DNA from: Octopus vulgaris
Lineage: Eukaryota
Direction: 5' to 3'
Length of the DNA: 64,000 nucleotides
Assembly (NCBI GenBank): GCA_951406725.2
Contig: OX597837.1
Location: forward strand, 18,166,001 to 18,230,000
In this document: piece by piece, positions 1 through 14,420 of the stretch
How positions within the stretch are numbered: the stretch's first letter is position 1
How the letters are laid out: every line of letters starts with the position of its first letter
Made by a program: the position numbers and the translations under genes
The notes under the pieces: model-generated
What the model was told of the DNA's origin: nothing
Seen by the model: only the letters and a program-made list of their open reading frames with translations
Database searches by the model: none

Positions 1-41
<41 letters not shown>

Positions 42-73
42 TATATATATATACACATATATATATATATATG

Positions 74-167
<94 letters not shown>

Positions 168-170
168 TGT
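1..170. repeat. (TA)n/(CA)n compound microsatellite
   Basis: Directly visible. Confidence 0.95.
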
Positions 171-1178
171 ATATACCCACACAGATACATGCATATGGGT
201 GTTGCACACACTGTTGTTAGACTATGGGTTCAATTCCTGGACTGAGTGGCACATGGTGTTTTTGGGCAAAACTCTTCATTTCATATTGCTCCAGTCCACT
301 CAGCTATAAATGGGTAACCCTGCAATGGATTTGCTTTCTTATCAGGGGTAGTGCTGGCCTGCTCTCACCTAACCAGTAGGATAGCATCATTTGAAAGCTA
401 ACACAACGCAAAGCACACTGTGACCAGCAATATATAACAACATCCAATAGTCTGATTAATCATATGATTGTGTGTGTGTAAATAAGCATTCATCCTACTT
501 TGGTGTGATCTAATCTGTTGTGTTAGGATGTTTAATGGACCAATGTATCAGTAATGTACATATCCCTTCATCTAACATTTACATTCCTCATCCTTAACTT
601 GTAAGAAACTTGAAGGTGATGTCCTCATCATTTGACTTCAGATTCTTTCCAATGGAAGCATTGGTTAAATAGCTAGAGTTTCTCATTTTTTCCAGTCTGA
701 GCTGTTCTTCACTGTCTTATTATAGTTGAAATTAAAAGTACCCAGTTGATTAGTTTCACACAAAGCTATACTAAAGATGTCTCTTCTAATTTCACTGTTT
801 ACCATCTGTCTCTCCTCTTACTAAATTATAATTTTTATTTACATTTTAATTTTGCTACTTTTTGTTTCAATACCCTATCCTCTAAACTTGCATAGGTTGG
901 CTGACTTTGCAAATAGAAACACTTTCATATTGTAAATTGTTATAGTTGACTACACCTTCATAGTCTTCAATCACTCAACTGTGACCTAGGAGTGGTTGTA
1001 TATTTATTTTATTCAATTCGAGTAATTTGTCTTGCTAAATTTGTTATACAATCTAAAAGTTTATCTTGCAACAGAAATAAGTTCTTTTGCAGTTGACTGC
1101 CTCTCCATAATACTGACCACTCAACAATGATTTAGAAGCAGTTTGTAAAATGTAAACATTGTGTTTAAGTTCATTTAA

Positions 1179-2259
1179 CCCTTTCCTTACCAAACCGCCC
1201 AAAGCCGCCCGAAAAAAATTTTGCTTAATGTGACCAAACCCGCCCGAATTTACCTATTCATATTTAAATGAGAATATCAGAGCAAATCTCTTTCGTACAT
1301 TTGTGAAAACATGTGATTATGCTTCGTAAACAGTTCATCTACAGTTTTGTACAAAGATCGTGTAATTTTAATTCCCTAAATTTTGGGAGATTTTTTTCCA
1401 CATTTTTTTCGGCATCGATTTTTCTTCAACTTTGAAAATAGATAGGAGTTTCATGTTATCAAGCATTGATTCCGAATTGGAAAATTTGTGAAACAAATAC
1501 TGGGTACTGTTGTGGATTTAGTTTTTATACAGGGAAACTAATGTTAGTCAGCATGGCTTAGGGTATGATGTGGTCTTGAAGTTATTGTTTGAAGCGATCA
1601 ATGCGGAAACAAACTTACGCAGAACGTAAACAAACACAAAATGGGGGTTCAAATTTTGGAAAATTTGTGAAGCAAATACTGGGTACTGCGTGGATTTAGT
1701 TTTTATACAGGGAAAATAATGGCCTAGGGAACGATGTGGTCTGGAATTTATCACTTCCATACCATAACCAGGGCCGTATATTATTTTTTGACCGATTTCT
1801 TTAGTTCGGTCAAACTTACGGTGGATTCCAATATTTCAGTTTATTCTACCTTTATGGTACACCTGTTGTGCATTAAATTCAACTAATGATATAGTGATGT
1901 GCACAATTCTTATTTATCAAAATTTTGTTGCATACCCATTTGAATATTAGCTGATGATTCATTTCCTATGGTGATGTTTAAACAAAATTTTAATATTTTG
2001 CTCATTTTAAAATTTTAATATTTTTACCTTTTGCTCAATTTACCTGGATTTACCTGTAATTAAAGTCACTTTGAGACAAAAGTTATGCAATAGAATTAAG
2101 AACCCTTTCTTTAATTATGTTCCAAATATCACATTAATATGTTGATAAGTAAAAAAGTTACAGTTATTTAATGAAACAAGCCTAGATTCATGATTATTTT
2201 AGAATTTAATTAAAACTCATGAGGGGTGTATTTTGGTCAGAAATATAGTAACGAAAGGG
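1179..2259. mobile_element. Non-autonomous piggyBac-like DNA transposon (MITE)
   Basis: TTAA on both sides; termini CCCTTTCCTTAC / GTAACGAAAGGG (12 bp TIR, 1 mismatch); internal direct repeat with ~180 bp period (1477-1590 vs 1655-1755); no transposase ORF. Confidence 0.8.
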
Positions 2260-2389
2260 TTAATAGGAGTGGGTGGGTAGTGCTGGAGAATGTGAAGTTG
2301 AATTAGTTTCCTAATAATAATCGCTCAAACAGAAAGAGGAATAATCTGTTGTTTTCATTGTTTTTGTGTTTTATTTATTTACTTTGAAA

Positions 2390-3260
2390 GAGTTCAAGTG
2401 AATTCATACCCTTACGTTTCAAATGAACTTTTCAACATCAAGGAAATTCAATGGGCTATGTAGATGTTGAAGTAGTCCTATGTCCAGTACATAAGAGCAT
2501 AGTGTCCTGTACTTTTGGTTTGGGCATATATTGTGTTGAGTCAAAAGTTTTGCAAAGTTTTGGTAATTTATTTGCTTTATTCGTCAAGTTACAACAAAAG
2601 CAGCTTAGCATTCAAAATAGAGACCATTGTGTCGTGCCATCTGAAGCCACCTTTCTGCCATTTCTTTGATCCTATGCTAATTGATAATAGTTCTCGTCCT
2701 TCAAGGCAAAGAACTCCTTCACTGAAGCTTTCACCTCCTCTTGGTTGTGGAAGTATTGTGAGCACAGGAAGTGAGCCATGAATTGGGTGGGACAATTAAT
2801 AATCTGAGAGAGATATTTTTCCACATTCCTAACATGCATAAGCAGTGGTTAAGCAAAGGCCAGCTTCCAGAACCTGTCACCAAACATGGGCATTTCAAAC
2901 ACAAGGAGATTCTCTGTGTCTGGTAGAATTATGAGGGGATAATTCACTATGCATTTGTTCTGGATGGTCAAACCATCAATGCCAACTTGTACTCTGAATA
3001 GCTGGAGTGAATGTATGCCTTTGTGCAGCAAAAATGTCTGGGTTATTACCTGTTCTGTTCTCTAGCTTACTTCCTGCACTCATGATGCTTCATCAACCAA
3101 GAAGAAGTGAAAACTTTAGTGAAAGAGTTCTTTTTCCCAAAAGACAAGAGCTGGTACCAGCATGGGATGAAAGAACTTGCAGAAAGGTGGCTTCAGACAG
3201 TGCAACATTATGACCTCTTGCAAATAAGCAAAATATTTTACTCAAAACAATATAATATCC
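2390..3260. mobile_element. Degraded Tc1/mariner fragments
   Basis: + strand DGQTINANLYSE*LE near 2960 resembles the mariner 'G.TINA..Y..QL' motif; minus-strand fragment 2450-2800 is weakly Tc1-like. Confidence 0.45.
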
Positions 3261-5112
3261 AGTACCTTAAATATGAAGTTGTATAATTTTTTTGTACATT
3301 ATTTTTAGTTCAGTATTTAAATTTATGTGTGCCTGGCATGTTTTAAAAACGAAGGCATAAATGTATGTTATCTAATTTAGGGTTAGTAGAGAATTAAAGA
3401 GTTTCTTGAAGATTTGGCTCCTACATTGAGTAATTTAAATAATTGTAGAAGTTACTTCACTGATAGGTGGAACAATTTTCCTCTATGTTTGGTGCTTTCC
3501 AAAACAGTAGTATACTGAAGTAAATTGATTTACAGCTTTTGGTCTTGTCCTTTTTGATTATGAGTTTGAAGTTGGCTTTGTTTCTCATGTTTGTGGACTC
3601 AATAAAATATGAACCACAATATACATTGATCAGTTGACTGCACCTCTCTAATTGACTATAGTCCTCTCTGAAACATTTTTGAAAAACAATTATTAATCGT
3701 AATGGTTATATTCAAAAACAGTAACTGCTAGAATTGTAAGCAGCAGTTGCTTTGTGCCATTTATAAATATATAGTTTGTGACTTTTCATTAGATGATGTG
3801 TCTGTCTCTCACGCATGCATGCACAGCTCCCATAGTAACATTATCCATGGAAGCCGTTACGTTGTTGTTCTGCCTACATAAGATCTAATCAACCTTTTAA
3901 AAAAGAAATATACTCCAAAGATTTCTTTTCTGCTCACTAAAGTTAGAGAATGTTCTAATATCATTTGTTATTGTTTTTACTATTATTATTATTATTACTA
4001 TTGTCTGTACTTTTTTTCTTTTTGATTCCATTTCAAGATCAATAGAAGTCATAGCCAGTGAGAAGCTATTAATTTCAATTGCGACAATGACTAATTGTGG
4101 AATGGCTCACTTGTATAATTAATCCTTAAAAGCTAATTGTTACTTGGTTTAAGTTTTGAAAGAACTAAAGTAGAAAAAAAACGCGTTTATATATTTTGTA
4201 ATGTCATGATAGATGTTTTTTGTTTATTCATTAATGTCAGTCTGAATCTCACCTAAAAAATAGTTTTGTGTGTTTTGTTAGTTGTCTAATATTGTCACTC
4301 CTAATCATTTGTATAGGTCGAGACATGATGTGTTCCCTCTGGCCTAACCAGCAATCTGTAGTGTGTGCCACTAGTATTATGCTTAGATTAAAATATTTTG
4401 TCACACAAGTAATAGGAGAGTCAGATTGAGTGAATTGTATTTAGTAATTTAAAATTTCTCTATTTATTTTCCAGTAATATTTCAGTAAATAGAGTAATCA
4501 TATTACTATAAGACTGTACCAAGAAAAATGCTAGAAAGGAAAGTGGTAGGGGGAAGAGAGAGATTGTGTGTGTGATGGACAATCAACTCATGATGGAGTG
4601 TTTCCCAAGCAATATCTTAGTATTTTAATTCATGTAATGTGCTATTATGTTTGGATTTTGAATTAAAGAACTTGGAATTCTTTCATTCAAAATTATTTCA
4701 TTTTCTAAACCATAGTAAAACTGCAACCTTTTCCTTTATATTTCAGTTTTTTAAACAGCTTTGTATTCACTAAAATTAAGATCTTAGGCACAACATCCAA
4801 CTCTTTCTGTATTCATCTTTTGTGATACTTTGATTTGAGACTACATGCAATACTATGTTGTAAACAATGTTATACAACGATGACATCACATGGCAAACAG
4901 TATACCATGGTTACAGAAATAAGGTATTGATACTACTAAAGCAATCATCATAGTAACAAAAGGTTTACAATGAAAGCTTTTTTTTTTTCAGTATTCATAG
5001 CTTGTCATTTTGAGTTCAAATCTTATCTAAATCTTTCATCTCTTCAAAGTTGCTAAAGTATCAATAATTCTCCCAGTTTCTAGTTTGTAATAGATATGAT
5101 ACCCATGCTACC

Positions 5113-5369
5113 TTAATCCTTTTAGCATCAACAACTCATCTGAGTCATACAAAATCCACCTGCTTTAAAGTGTTTGTATTTAGATTTAATCCTTATGTAA
5201 TAAATTTTCAAGTGAGAACCTGTTGTGAAGCTGTGTTTGAAGCACCAGCCCACTAATGGAAAATTTAATTATTTTACTAAAACCTGTTAAATTCTTGATT
5301 ATTTTCAGGATTAAATTTTTAAAAAGTAGTCATTGAAGTGCATTAGAAAATTGATGATGAAAGGGTTAA
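5113..5369. mobile_element. Degraded short TTAA-flanked MITE
   Basis: ttaatccttttagcatc ... gatgaaagggttaa termini, like the 21.5/22/30 kb MITEs. Confidence 0.45.
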
Positions 5370-8166
5370 TTGAAAACAGTGACTTCATATTTAATGAGTC
5401 TTCTTCTCTGTTTTTCTAAAAAGGGATTTCCTGGGGCATAGATGCTATCACTATGTTTCTCTGCAGTCATTATTCAATATAATATTAACCAAAGTCAACT
5501 TCATATCCATCAGTCTTTGGATTATTTGTAAGAAACAAACTTTGAAGAGTTCAACATCCCTGAAAACAACTTCTTTTAATCTTTGTTTTTAGGGATATTA
5601 TTCTTTTACTGGCTTTATTCATTGAAATGCAACTATGCTTAGGTGCTACCTTCAAGGTTTTTGGTTAATCACATCTATCTTGGTATTTGTTTTATTGAAC
5701 TCATTGGCAGTGGTATTTGTTCTGGCTCTTTAGGTTCTTAGTTCAAATCCTACCAAAGTCAGTGTTGCAATTCATCCTTCTGAACTTAATAAAATAAAAT
5801 ACTAACCAGGTTCAGAGGTTGATATAAATTAGCTGTCAATCTGGTACCACCTAGCAGTGAGCTGACATGATACAGTAGAGTCCCAAACTCCTGCCCAACT
5901 ATGGAGTTCCAGTGGTAGGTGAAGTGAAACACTAGTTGGAATACAGTGGTGTTAGAATAAGGATAGCAATATTAATTATTTATAACTCTATATATTACAT
6001 CCAACACAACATATGTGGGTCTGGCTCTGTAGTTAAAAAGTTAACTTGGCTTTAGTTTCCATTCCAATGTATGGCACCTTGGGTAGACGTCTTCAACTTT
6101 AATTCCAGATCAACCAAAGCCTCACAAGTGGATTTGATGGATAGAAACTGAGAAAAATCTATCATTATGTGTGGATGTGTGTGTGTTAATATCTCCTTGT
6201 TTGTCAACACATGATACTATAAATGTGTGCCACTGTTATACAAGATGTGTTTACAATCTTCTATGGAAACCTGCATGGTTATGAGGAAATGTTACCTTGC
6301 TTTGAAAACAAATGAGAATAGGCAACAGGACCGGCCTTAAAAAATCTGTTTCAATGAATTCTGTTTAATCCATCATTTACTCACAACATTTTCTCTCTCA
6401 TAGTGGACTCCATTAAAAGGGATAATCCTAAAGTAAAAAACTTATTTTATCAAATTCTATTTGTTGAACTGCTGAGTTACAAGACAAGTATCAATTTCAT
6501 TTTAGAATGGTTTAAAAAATAAATATGGGCATATACATACATGTACACACACAGAGCAGGTTTCTGCACCATTTCAGACTATCAATTCCACTAAACAAGA
6601 TATTGGTTGACTGAAGGCTACAAGGTGCCTCAAAACAGGAGTGTACCCAGATCCAGTTTGTTACAAAGTGAACTTCTTAACTATAGAGTCATGCTTGCAC
6701 CTGCAGTATTTATTTTTCAAATAAAATAGCTGTTACTCTATCCTAAGATCCATTTGATAAATAGATGTGAGATATTGTATTGATAACCTCTGGAAGACTG
6801 TGATCAGTGAGTGATAATAATGTTAAACATTTAGAAACGATACAATAGTGTTGTCTTATTGACAACTCTGTAAACATCAAAATTAATATTTGCTTGTTTT
6901 CATTTATCTTTTTTGTCTTTAAATTCATTTTCTGTAACAAGTCAACTTTGAATCCAGTGGTCTAATGGCTAGAATCTCCTCTGGGTCTTCACCCGATACA
7001 TTGAAGTGCCTTCCTGTTGCTCTCAGTATGTCACAAACTACTGGCCACAAGGAAGCCTAAGGCACAATGAGAGTTCAGTTCCCTGTCCTGACACACATCA
7101 AAACATATACAGTAGATTTGACAAAATATAAGCTGGTAATCTAACATCTTAACTGATACATTTTAGAGAGATTAACTTGTAATTTAAGTTTCCTCTCCTG
7201 TGATCCACTCCATTCACTCTAATATATTCAACATATATGCAATTCTTACAACACTTACAGTTGAGGATCCACACAATATTAAATTACGTTGCACAAAAAC
7301 TGCACAAGAGTTGCATACAATGCACATTGTATTGCAGTAACATAAATTAACTGTCCTTCAGGCCACTTTCTTAGCTCAGTAATCAAATTAGCACCTGTAC
7401 ATTGTCTACATTCATGTATGTATGCAGTTAACTGACTATGCTGCCTTTTTACACATTGCTGCACATACACTAGTTGTATTTGTAACATTTTTCTATTGCA
7501 TATAACAAAACGATTTTATAATTTTTAAAGCTCAAAGCACTGTGTTTGTCTGGCGTGAGTGTGTCATGGATGTGGTGTGTGATCAAATTACTCATACAAA
7601 CTTGTATTTGAATAATGTTTATCTTGGTTAGGATTTTTTTTCTGGTTTAAAACAATCAGTAAAATGGGTTAGTAAAAAAGTAAACATGTGTGTGTGAAAT
7701 TGTAAAGAACTTTATCAGGATCCAAACACATAGTACAGCATCTTGGGCAAGTGTCTTAGATTTGACTCAACCATGAACTATCTTGACTGGACCAGTTTTG
7801 TCAGAAATTGTGTCACTCTGATTCACACCCAGGATTATGTTTGGTTAAAAGTGTCTGTGAAATACTACCTTTTATAGTAAGTGGGTGGTTCAGTTGATTT
7901 TATCATTGAACCCATGGGCAATCATTTCTTGTTAGCTACATGTATGTTGTGTGCATGAGTACTAGGATTTCATAACTTCAGATGGGTTTGATTGGTTTAG
8001 TTCCTTCTAAAACACAGGCATTAACACACTTTTACCATAAATATATACTGAATTATTTTTATTGTTTGGAAACTCTCTCTCTCTGATACTTTTATATAAC
8101 AATTTAAATATAAGCCTATACACTCACACACACACACACACACTGTGTGTATGTATATATAGGCAC

Positions 8167-8380
8167 AGGAGTGGCTGTGTGGTAAGTAGCTTGCTTGGCC
8201 GAAGCTCTGAGCTGAAACAAGCAACAAAAAATATATATATATATATAAATGTGTGTGTGTGTGTTTGTCCCCCACCACCACCATCACTTGACAACCAATG
8301 CTGGTGTGTTTACATCCCCATAACTTAGCAGTTTAGCAAAAGAGACTGAAAGAATGAGAACTAAGCTTATAAAGAATAAA
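8167..8380 (+). mobile_element. tRNA-derived SINE, family A, internally deleted
   Basis: Head GGAGTGGCTGTGTGGTAAGTAGCTTGC and 3' part match the copy at 52384-52864. Confidence 0.75.
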
Positions 8381-9384
8381 AGAATACATCATCATACCCC
8401 AATCTTTGTGGTTTTTGCATCTTAAGTTCCCTTTTAAGACTCTCTCTCTCCCACTATTCATGCATTTTGAGTTTTGCATTCTGTCAGAATTTTCTGCATT
8501 TCATATTACTTTTTCATTTTCATTCACCATGACATCTGGGACCTCCTTCACTTCCATGTGTGCAGGGGGTGATGATACCATGTGTGCATATGCGTTCTTT
8601 ATTTAATTTCTCTCTCCAAAGACATATGAAACAAAATGGCTTACACTCTTTATGATTGATTGGTTACTGGTTGGCTTCTGAAGTGAAAATTAATGTCCTA
8701 TCTTATCCATATAATTAAGTCTGGGGACATTGATATCCCCAAGAGGAAATTATGGTCAGAACACACAACTAATTCTATTGTATTTCTGTAAATAATAGAG
8801 CACCAGGCTAGGATAATTTATGACATCTAGTTTAACATTGTTCACATCTCTCTGAGGTTGATGTTTGGTTAAATACCAGTGATACAAAAGGGATAATTCA
8901 ACTAATTCCCTTTTCTTACAAAATTTGATTTTGTACTTAAGTGAAATTACCATTTCAGTGATGCTGTTATGCAAATTCCTTGGAATAGACATGATTCCCA
9001 AATTATAATCACATTGCTATGGCTCCTTAAAACCATGAATTTGACAGTTTCCCCATATTCTCTTGTCAAAACCCCGCTTACACGAGAAACTATTTTTAAT
9101 ACCAATTTAAAATTTTTTTTTTTTTTGTTTTTCCTTGAAACGAAATTATATTTGTTCAAAGATTAATCCTTTTTAATTAAATCAACTTTACATACATAAA
9201 TATTTCCTCCTATAACTTATTTTAACTTTTTATACATTAAAAAAAAAATTAAATATTTTGAACAACTCCTGATATGTCTTAAAAGAGATTGTGTGTTTGC
9301 ACACGTACTTATTTATAAACATTGAGAAAGATGAAGTGGCTGAGAATGTAAAGTATTGTTGAATGGCTAACTCTGGTGTTGTGG

Positions 9385-9560
9385 TTACTGTTCAGCCCCA
9401 AGATGGGCCTGATTGAGCAGTCCTATGATCAAAGGTGTGCCAGCCATGACCTCATTTTTTTGTATATCAGGGACTGCATTGACAGTATGGCATGATTTAA
9501 GGGAGAATTGGCTGTTACATTAGCAGATTAAGTAACGACGTAGATGCTCCTCCAACTGCT
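9385..9560 (+). repeat. Interspersed repeat family C (related copies ~15255-15445 +, ~9900-10100 -, ~11350-11460 -)
   Basis: Shared 'cctgattga..ag..ctatgat.aaag..tccag' and 'ttggctg.ta..ttt.gcag' blocks. Confidence 0.55.
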
Positions 9561-11619
9561 ACCAGTGTTTTATAGTGTCTAAAGCTATTGAGAAATAGAA
9601 ACCAGATATTCTGCAAAATGTCACCTGCAAATACATTGTTGTTCAACCAGTTTTAATTGTTTAACATTATTTAAGAAGCAGCATAATAAACTTGCTGTGC
9701 AGCATCAAGGGAGCTGAGGAAAATGTATTTCAGACATATGATCTGTCCCTTATGTACTATCCCTGAAGACATGTTAACCTGGTCATGATGAATTCAGGAA
9801 ACAAAACATATTCAGCATGTGTATATCGGTGTGTGTGTTAAAAATGACATCAAAAATTAGAATGTAGCATGTATCTTATAAGTATCCCAATTATTAGTCA
9901 ACATTTAAAGCCTCTAAAGTGCCCACTCAGTCTGCTAGAAATAGCAGCTAATTCATCTTCAAACTACACCCTATTATAAATAAAAAGAACAAATTTGATG
10001 TAGTTAGTCTCAGATATTTCTTAAAAAGAAAAGAGAAATGATCAAGATTACAACGCTTTTTGATCATAGGCTTTTGCTCATCCTGAGTTGACTTGGGGTT
10101 AAAACAGCTATAATTGATATAAATAACATTTAACAATTTGGAATTGTGTTCATAGTCATCTTGAGTGTAACTTTTATTTATTTATTTGTTACTGATTCAG
10201 CGTCTCTTTAATAATAGATTGAAGTGGATTTCAAATGTATTTGTTGGAGATATTAACCTCTTCCTGCTTGCTAAAACACACCTACTTCTGTGCGCGCGCA
10301 CGCACACACATACACACACTCCTCAGCAGACCTACTGGCCCACTGCAAATGTAGGTTAGAGTTCTCAGCCTAAACTATATATAGACCTCTTCCTCCTCCC
10401 TCACTTATGATATGATGGCTCTAGTCCAAGCTTAGATTGATCATTTGTATACATCACTACTGTTTAGTTTTATGCTAGCTATTGTTGTAGCTATCTCAAT
10501 GTGTGACAACAAGCCCTCCTTGTCATCATCTTCATTTCTATAGGATCACTCCACCTCTTTTCACTGTCCCCTCTTCCCTTCTTTCACAAACTTACAACTT
10601 AGCTGCTGACTTCCACTATTTCCTCTCTTCTTCATCAGCTTTACATCCTCTTTACTCATTCTATTTTCTTTTTCTGTTATTTTTATTCTTTCTTCTGATT
10701 TTCTTGGTGGTATTTCCTTGCTCTATGTTTTGAGTTCAAGAATTAGATAAAATACTATTTAGTTTATGTCCTTTTGTGTTCTATCAAGAATCTCTCTCTG
10801 ATTGAGTTTGCCTTTCTTTGCATCACGAAAATATGCATGTATTTAATGTGTGTATGTAATGTATGTATAACCAGTCAAGTAGTTGAATCATTTTAATCAA
10901 ACTATATACTCTCCTCTCAAAATTTCTGAATTTGTATTTATGTCAGCAACTGTCATTGTTATCATTTGTTACAGTGACACTAAATTTCTTGTGATATATA
11001 TGTTGGGGTACTTCACATTCTGAGTTCAAATTCAGCCAAGACCAACTTTGGCTTTCACCCCTCCTGGGTTGATAAAATATTGTACTAATCAAGTACTGGA
11101 GTTGGATCTTCCAACCACTTGAAGTTTTTAAAATTTTCACCAGATAATTTTTTTTAATTTTTTTTTTTTAATGTAGTTCTGATGTAGTTTTGCATGCTGA
11201 TGGCAAAAATTGCATTCATTTTCCCCTAGAAATTAATAATAAAGAAGTTACAAGCTTCTAAAGTTATGTTATTTTAGCCAATCAAATGAATTTGTTGCGA
11301 ACATATCGTAGGTTGGAACTGTCTGCTCGCATGGAAATCAGTAAAGATAAAGATAAGGCAATCCAGGCAAAACCTTTATGTGGTCTCTCGACCTGCTAGA
11401 CATAGCAGCTAAATCTTCATTAAACTGCCCCATAATATTTAAAAAAAAAACAGGAAGGACAACACATGATGTAATTGTGGGCTTGACATTTTTCATTCAT
11501 AATTTGAACACCAATGCATCATAATGTCCTAAATTCCCAGTGACCCTATGTTTATTATATTTAATCATGAACACTTTATATGTCTTATTAATGTGTGCTC
11601 GGTGTTATGTGTCAGAAAA

Positions 11620-12790
11620 ATGCTTTGTCTTTCGTCCTTCTGAGATCAATAAAGTAAAGTATCAATGAAGTTAATGGTATCAGTTGATCCCCCCCCCCTT
11701 CAGAACTGCTGACCTTGTTCTATATTAGAAATCAAAGACGACATGCTGGATAAAATGCTTGGTGGCATTTTGTCCGTCTTTGCATTCTGAGTTCAAATTC
11801 CACCAAGGTCGACTTTGCCTTTCATCCTTTCAGGGTCAATAAATTAAGTACCAGTGAAACACTGGAGTCGATATAATCAACTAGTCCCCTCCCCTCAATT
11901 TTCAGGCATTGTGCCTTTAATAGAAAAGATTATTATTATTGCTATTGTTTAAGGTAGTGAGTTGGCAGAATTGTTAGCACACTGGCCAAAATGCTTGGCT
12001 GTATTTCACTCATTGCTGTGTTCTCAGTTCAAATTCCGTCAAGGTCAACTTTGCCTTTCATCCTTTTGGGGTCGATAAATTAAGTACCAGTTACACACTG
12101 GGGTCAATGTAATCAACTAGTCCCCCTCCTCCAAAATTTCAGGTCTTGTGCCTATAGTAGAAAGGGTTCTTATTACTATGGCAGCAAAATGCTTAGTGGC
12201 TTTTGTCCATCTTTACATAGAGTTCAAATGTCACCAAGGTCAATTTTGCCTTTTATCCTTTCAGGGACAATGAAATAAGTACCAGTTGAGCACTGGAGTT
12301 AATGTAATTTACTTATTCCCCCCCCCCCCCCAATTCCTGGCCTTCTGCCAAAATTTGAAACTGTTATTGTTGTGGTGACCTAGCAATATTATTAACACAC
12401 CAGGGAAAATACTTAGCAGTATTTTGTCCATCTTGACATACTGAGTCCAAATTCCATCGAAGTTGACTTTGCCTCTCATCTGTTTGTGGTTAATAAAAAT
12501 AAGTACCAGTTGAGCACTGGGATTGATGTACTCAGCCACTCTCCTGAAATTGCTGGCCTTGTGCCAAAGTTTCAAATAATTATCTTTATTGCAGCAAGCT
12601 GACAGAATTGTTAGTGTGCTGGACAAAATGCTCATCAGCATTTCATCTGGCCTCAAATTCCTCCATATTTTTGGGGCAGATCAATGATACAAGTACCAGT
12701 TAATATAATTGACTAGTTCCTTCCTCCAGAATTTCAGGCCTTCTGGCTGAAATTTTGGGGGAGGGATTATTATTGTGGTAGAAAGGATTA
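11620..12790 (+). repeat. Head-to-tail array of ~5-6 family B SINE copies
   Basis: Repeated ~200-240 bp unit with B-box-like GAGTTCAAATTCC, GCCTTTCATCCTTT..GGGTCGATAAATTAAGTACCAG and (ATT)n tails. Confidence 0.85.
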
Positions 12791-13799
12791 TTAAAGGTAA
12801 CAGAAATTATTATCATCATCGTCATTATTATCTTCGTGGTGGTTGGTGGCAGAACTGATAAGACATCTAACAGAATGCTTTATTATGTTTACATTCAGAA
12901 ATCAGATCCTGCCTCAATCAACTTCGCCAGCCAAATACTGAGGTTGATTTAATAGGCTACATTTATCTTTATTTGTATCTTTTAGAAATTATTATGTTGC
13001 TAAGTACCTTTGATAAAATATGGCCATCACACAATATGGCTTGTCAAAATCAGTATTTTTGATACTACAAGATCTTTGGGTAATCTACATTTAGGTGTGT
13101 GTGTGTTTTATCCGATTGAGTGGTGTTAATTTAAATAAAACGAACACCTGAAGACAGTTTCTGCTTTTGTGACATGTTATCAATAATCTTACTTTCAACC
13201 TTGATTGTGTGTATGTGTGAGAGAAAGAGAGAGTGAGGAGGACATGCTATAGATAGAAAAGGTAGTGTTTGATGTATGTATGTAAAACACAAAGAAAACT
13301 GGTTATATTTTACCCTTCTAACATCTCTATTACAGCAAGTGCGCAGTGGTCTTTGTAGTTGAGAGGGAGGGAGGTGTTGAAGGAGGAGATGCTTCATGTG
13401 CTCAATTATTGTGAATCAGTCCAATTAGTAAACAACTGCCTCCTTACTCACATAGCTTTTTTGAAAGGAAATGTAAAACGTTGTCCTTTAACTCTTCACT
13501 ACATTGCAAATCATCTTTGTCTTTTAGTTTAGTTTTGTCACTATGTGTGTGAATATATCTATGTTTGTCTTTGTGTACAAATTAGTCTATATTTATTTTC
13601 TGGAGTATAACTATTTTTGTGTTTATATGTTTAAATACATTTAATCGGTTGAGTGTGTTCATGCTTTTACATATATCTGTATTCATGCAAGCATATTTAT
13701 GTTTGCATGTATGAGTGTTCATATGTGCATTTTTCAAAAAATTATTCTTTTTGCCTGTCAATGATTAACATGTGTCCTTGGTACAAGTAACAAGAAGGA

Positions 13800-14420
13800 T
13801 TTCTAACATAGTACAAGACTACAAATCTTGGAGGAAAGTTAATTCAGTTAAATCAACTTCACTACTTGATTGATGCCCTTTTTTTTTCTAACTCAACCCT
13901 AGAAAAGGTGAAAGGCTTAGTAGTTCACCTTAGTGATATTTGAACTCGGCACAGAAATATACAACCAGATAGCAATTATTTAATCTGTTACTGAACCAAT
14001 TTTGCCATGATTAATAATGTTTCTAATTTAGGCACGGGGCCTGCATGGTTCTTTATCTATTTGGAAAGGATGACAAAGTTGACATTGACAGGATTTGAAC
14101 TCAGAATGTAAAGAGGCAGGACAAATGCTGCAGAGCATTATTTTTTCTTGATACTATAACAATACTTTCAAATAGCAACAATGGCAGTAATAGTAATAAT
14201 AATGATAATAATAATTATTATTATAATAATGATGATGATGATGATAATAATGGTTTCTGATTTAAATAGAAAGCCAACAATTTTATGGAGAGGGAGTTAG
14301 TTGCTTGATATCATTGACCCTAGTGCTTCAGTAGTACTGTATCACCCCTGGAAGAATGAAAGGCAAAGTTGACATTGGTGGGATTTGAACTTAGAATGTA
14401 TAGTGCCACAAAGCATTTTT
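13800..14420 (-). mobile_element. Cluster of degraded family B SINE copies (antisense)
   Basis: gaaaggcaaagttgac...gatttgaactcagaatgta = reverse complement of the family B core. Confidence 0.7.

Noticed and set aside
1-309. ORF MYIYIYI... and similar ORFs at 27155-27643, 52369-53009, 61331-61671
   Set aside because: Translations of dinucleotide microsatellites and SINEs, not genes
6952-7090. tRNA-Glu-like start (gtggtctaatggctagaat)
   Set aside because: No cloverleaf can be completed; at best a SINE/pseudogene scrap
11620-12790. Repeat-spacer pattern as a CRISPR array
   Set aside because: Eukaryotic context, long diverged SINE units, no unique spacers or cas genes
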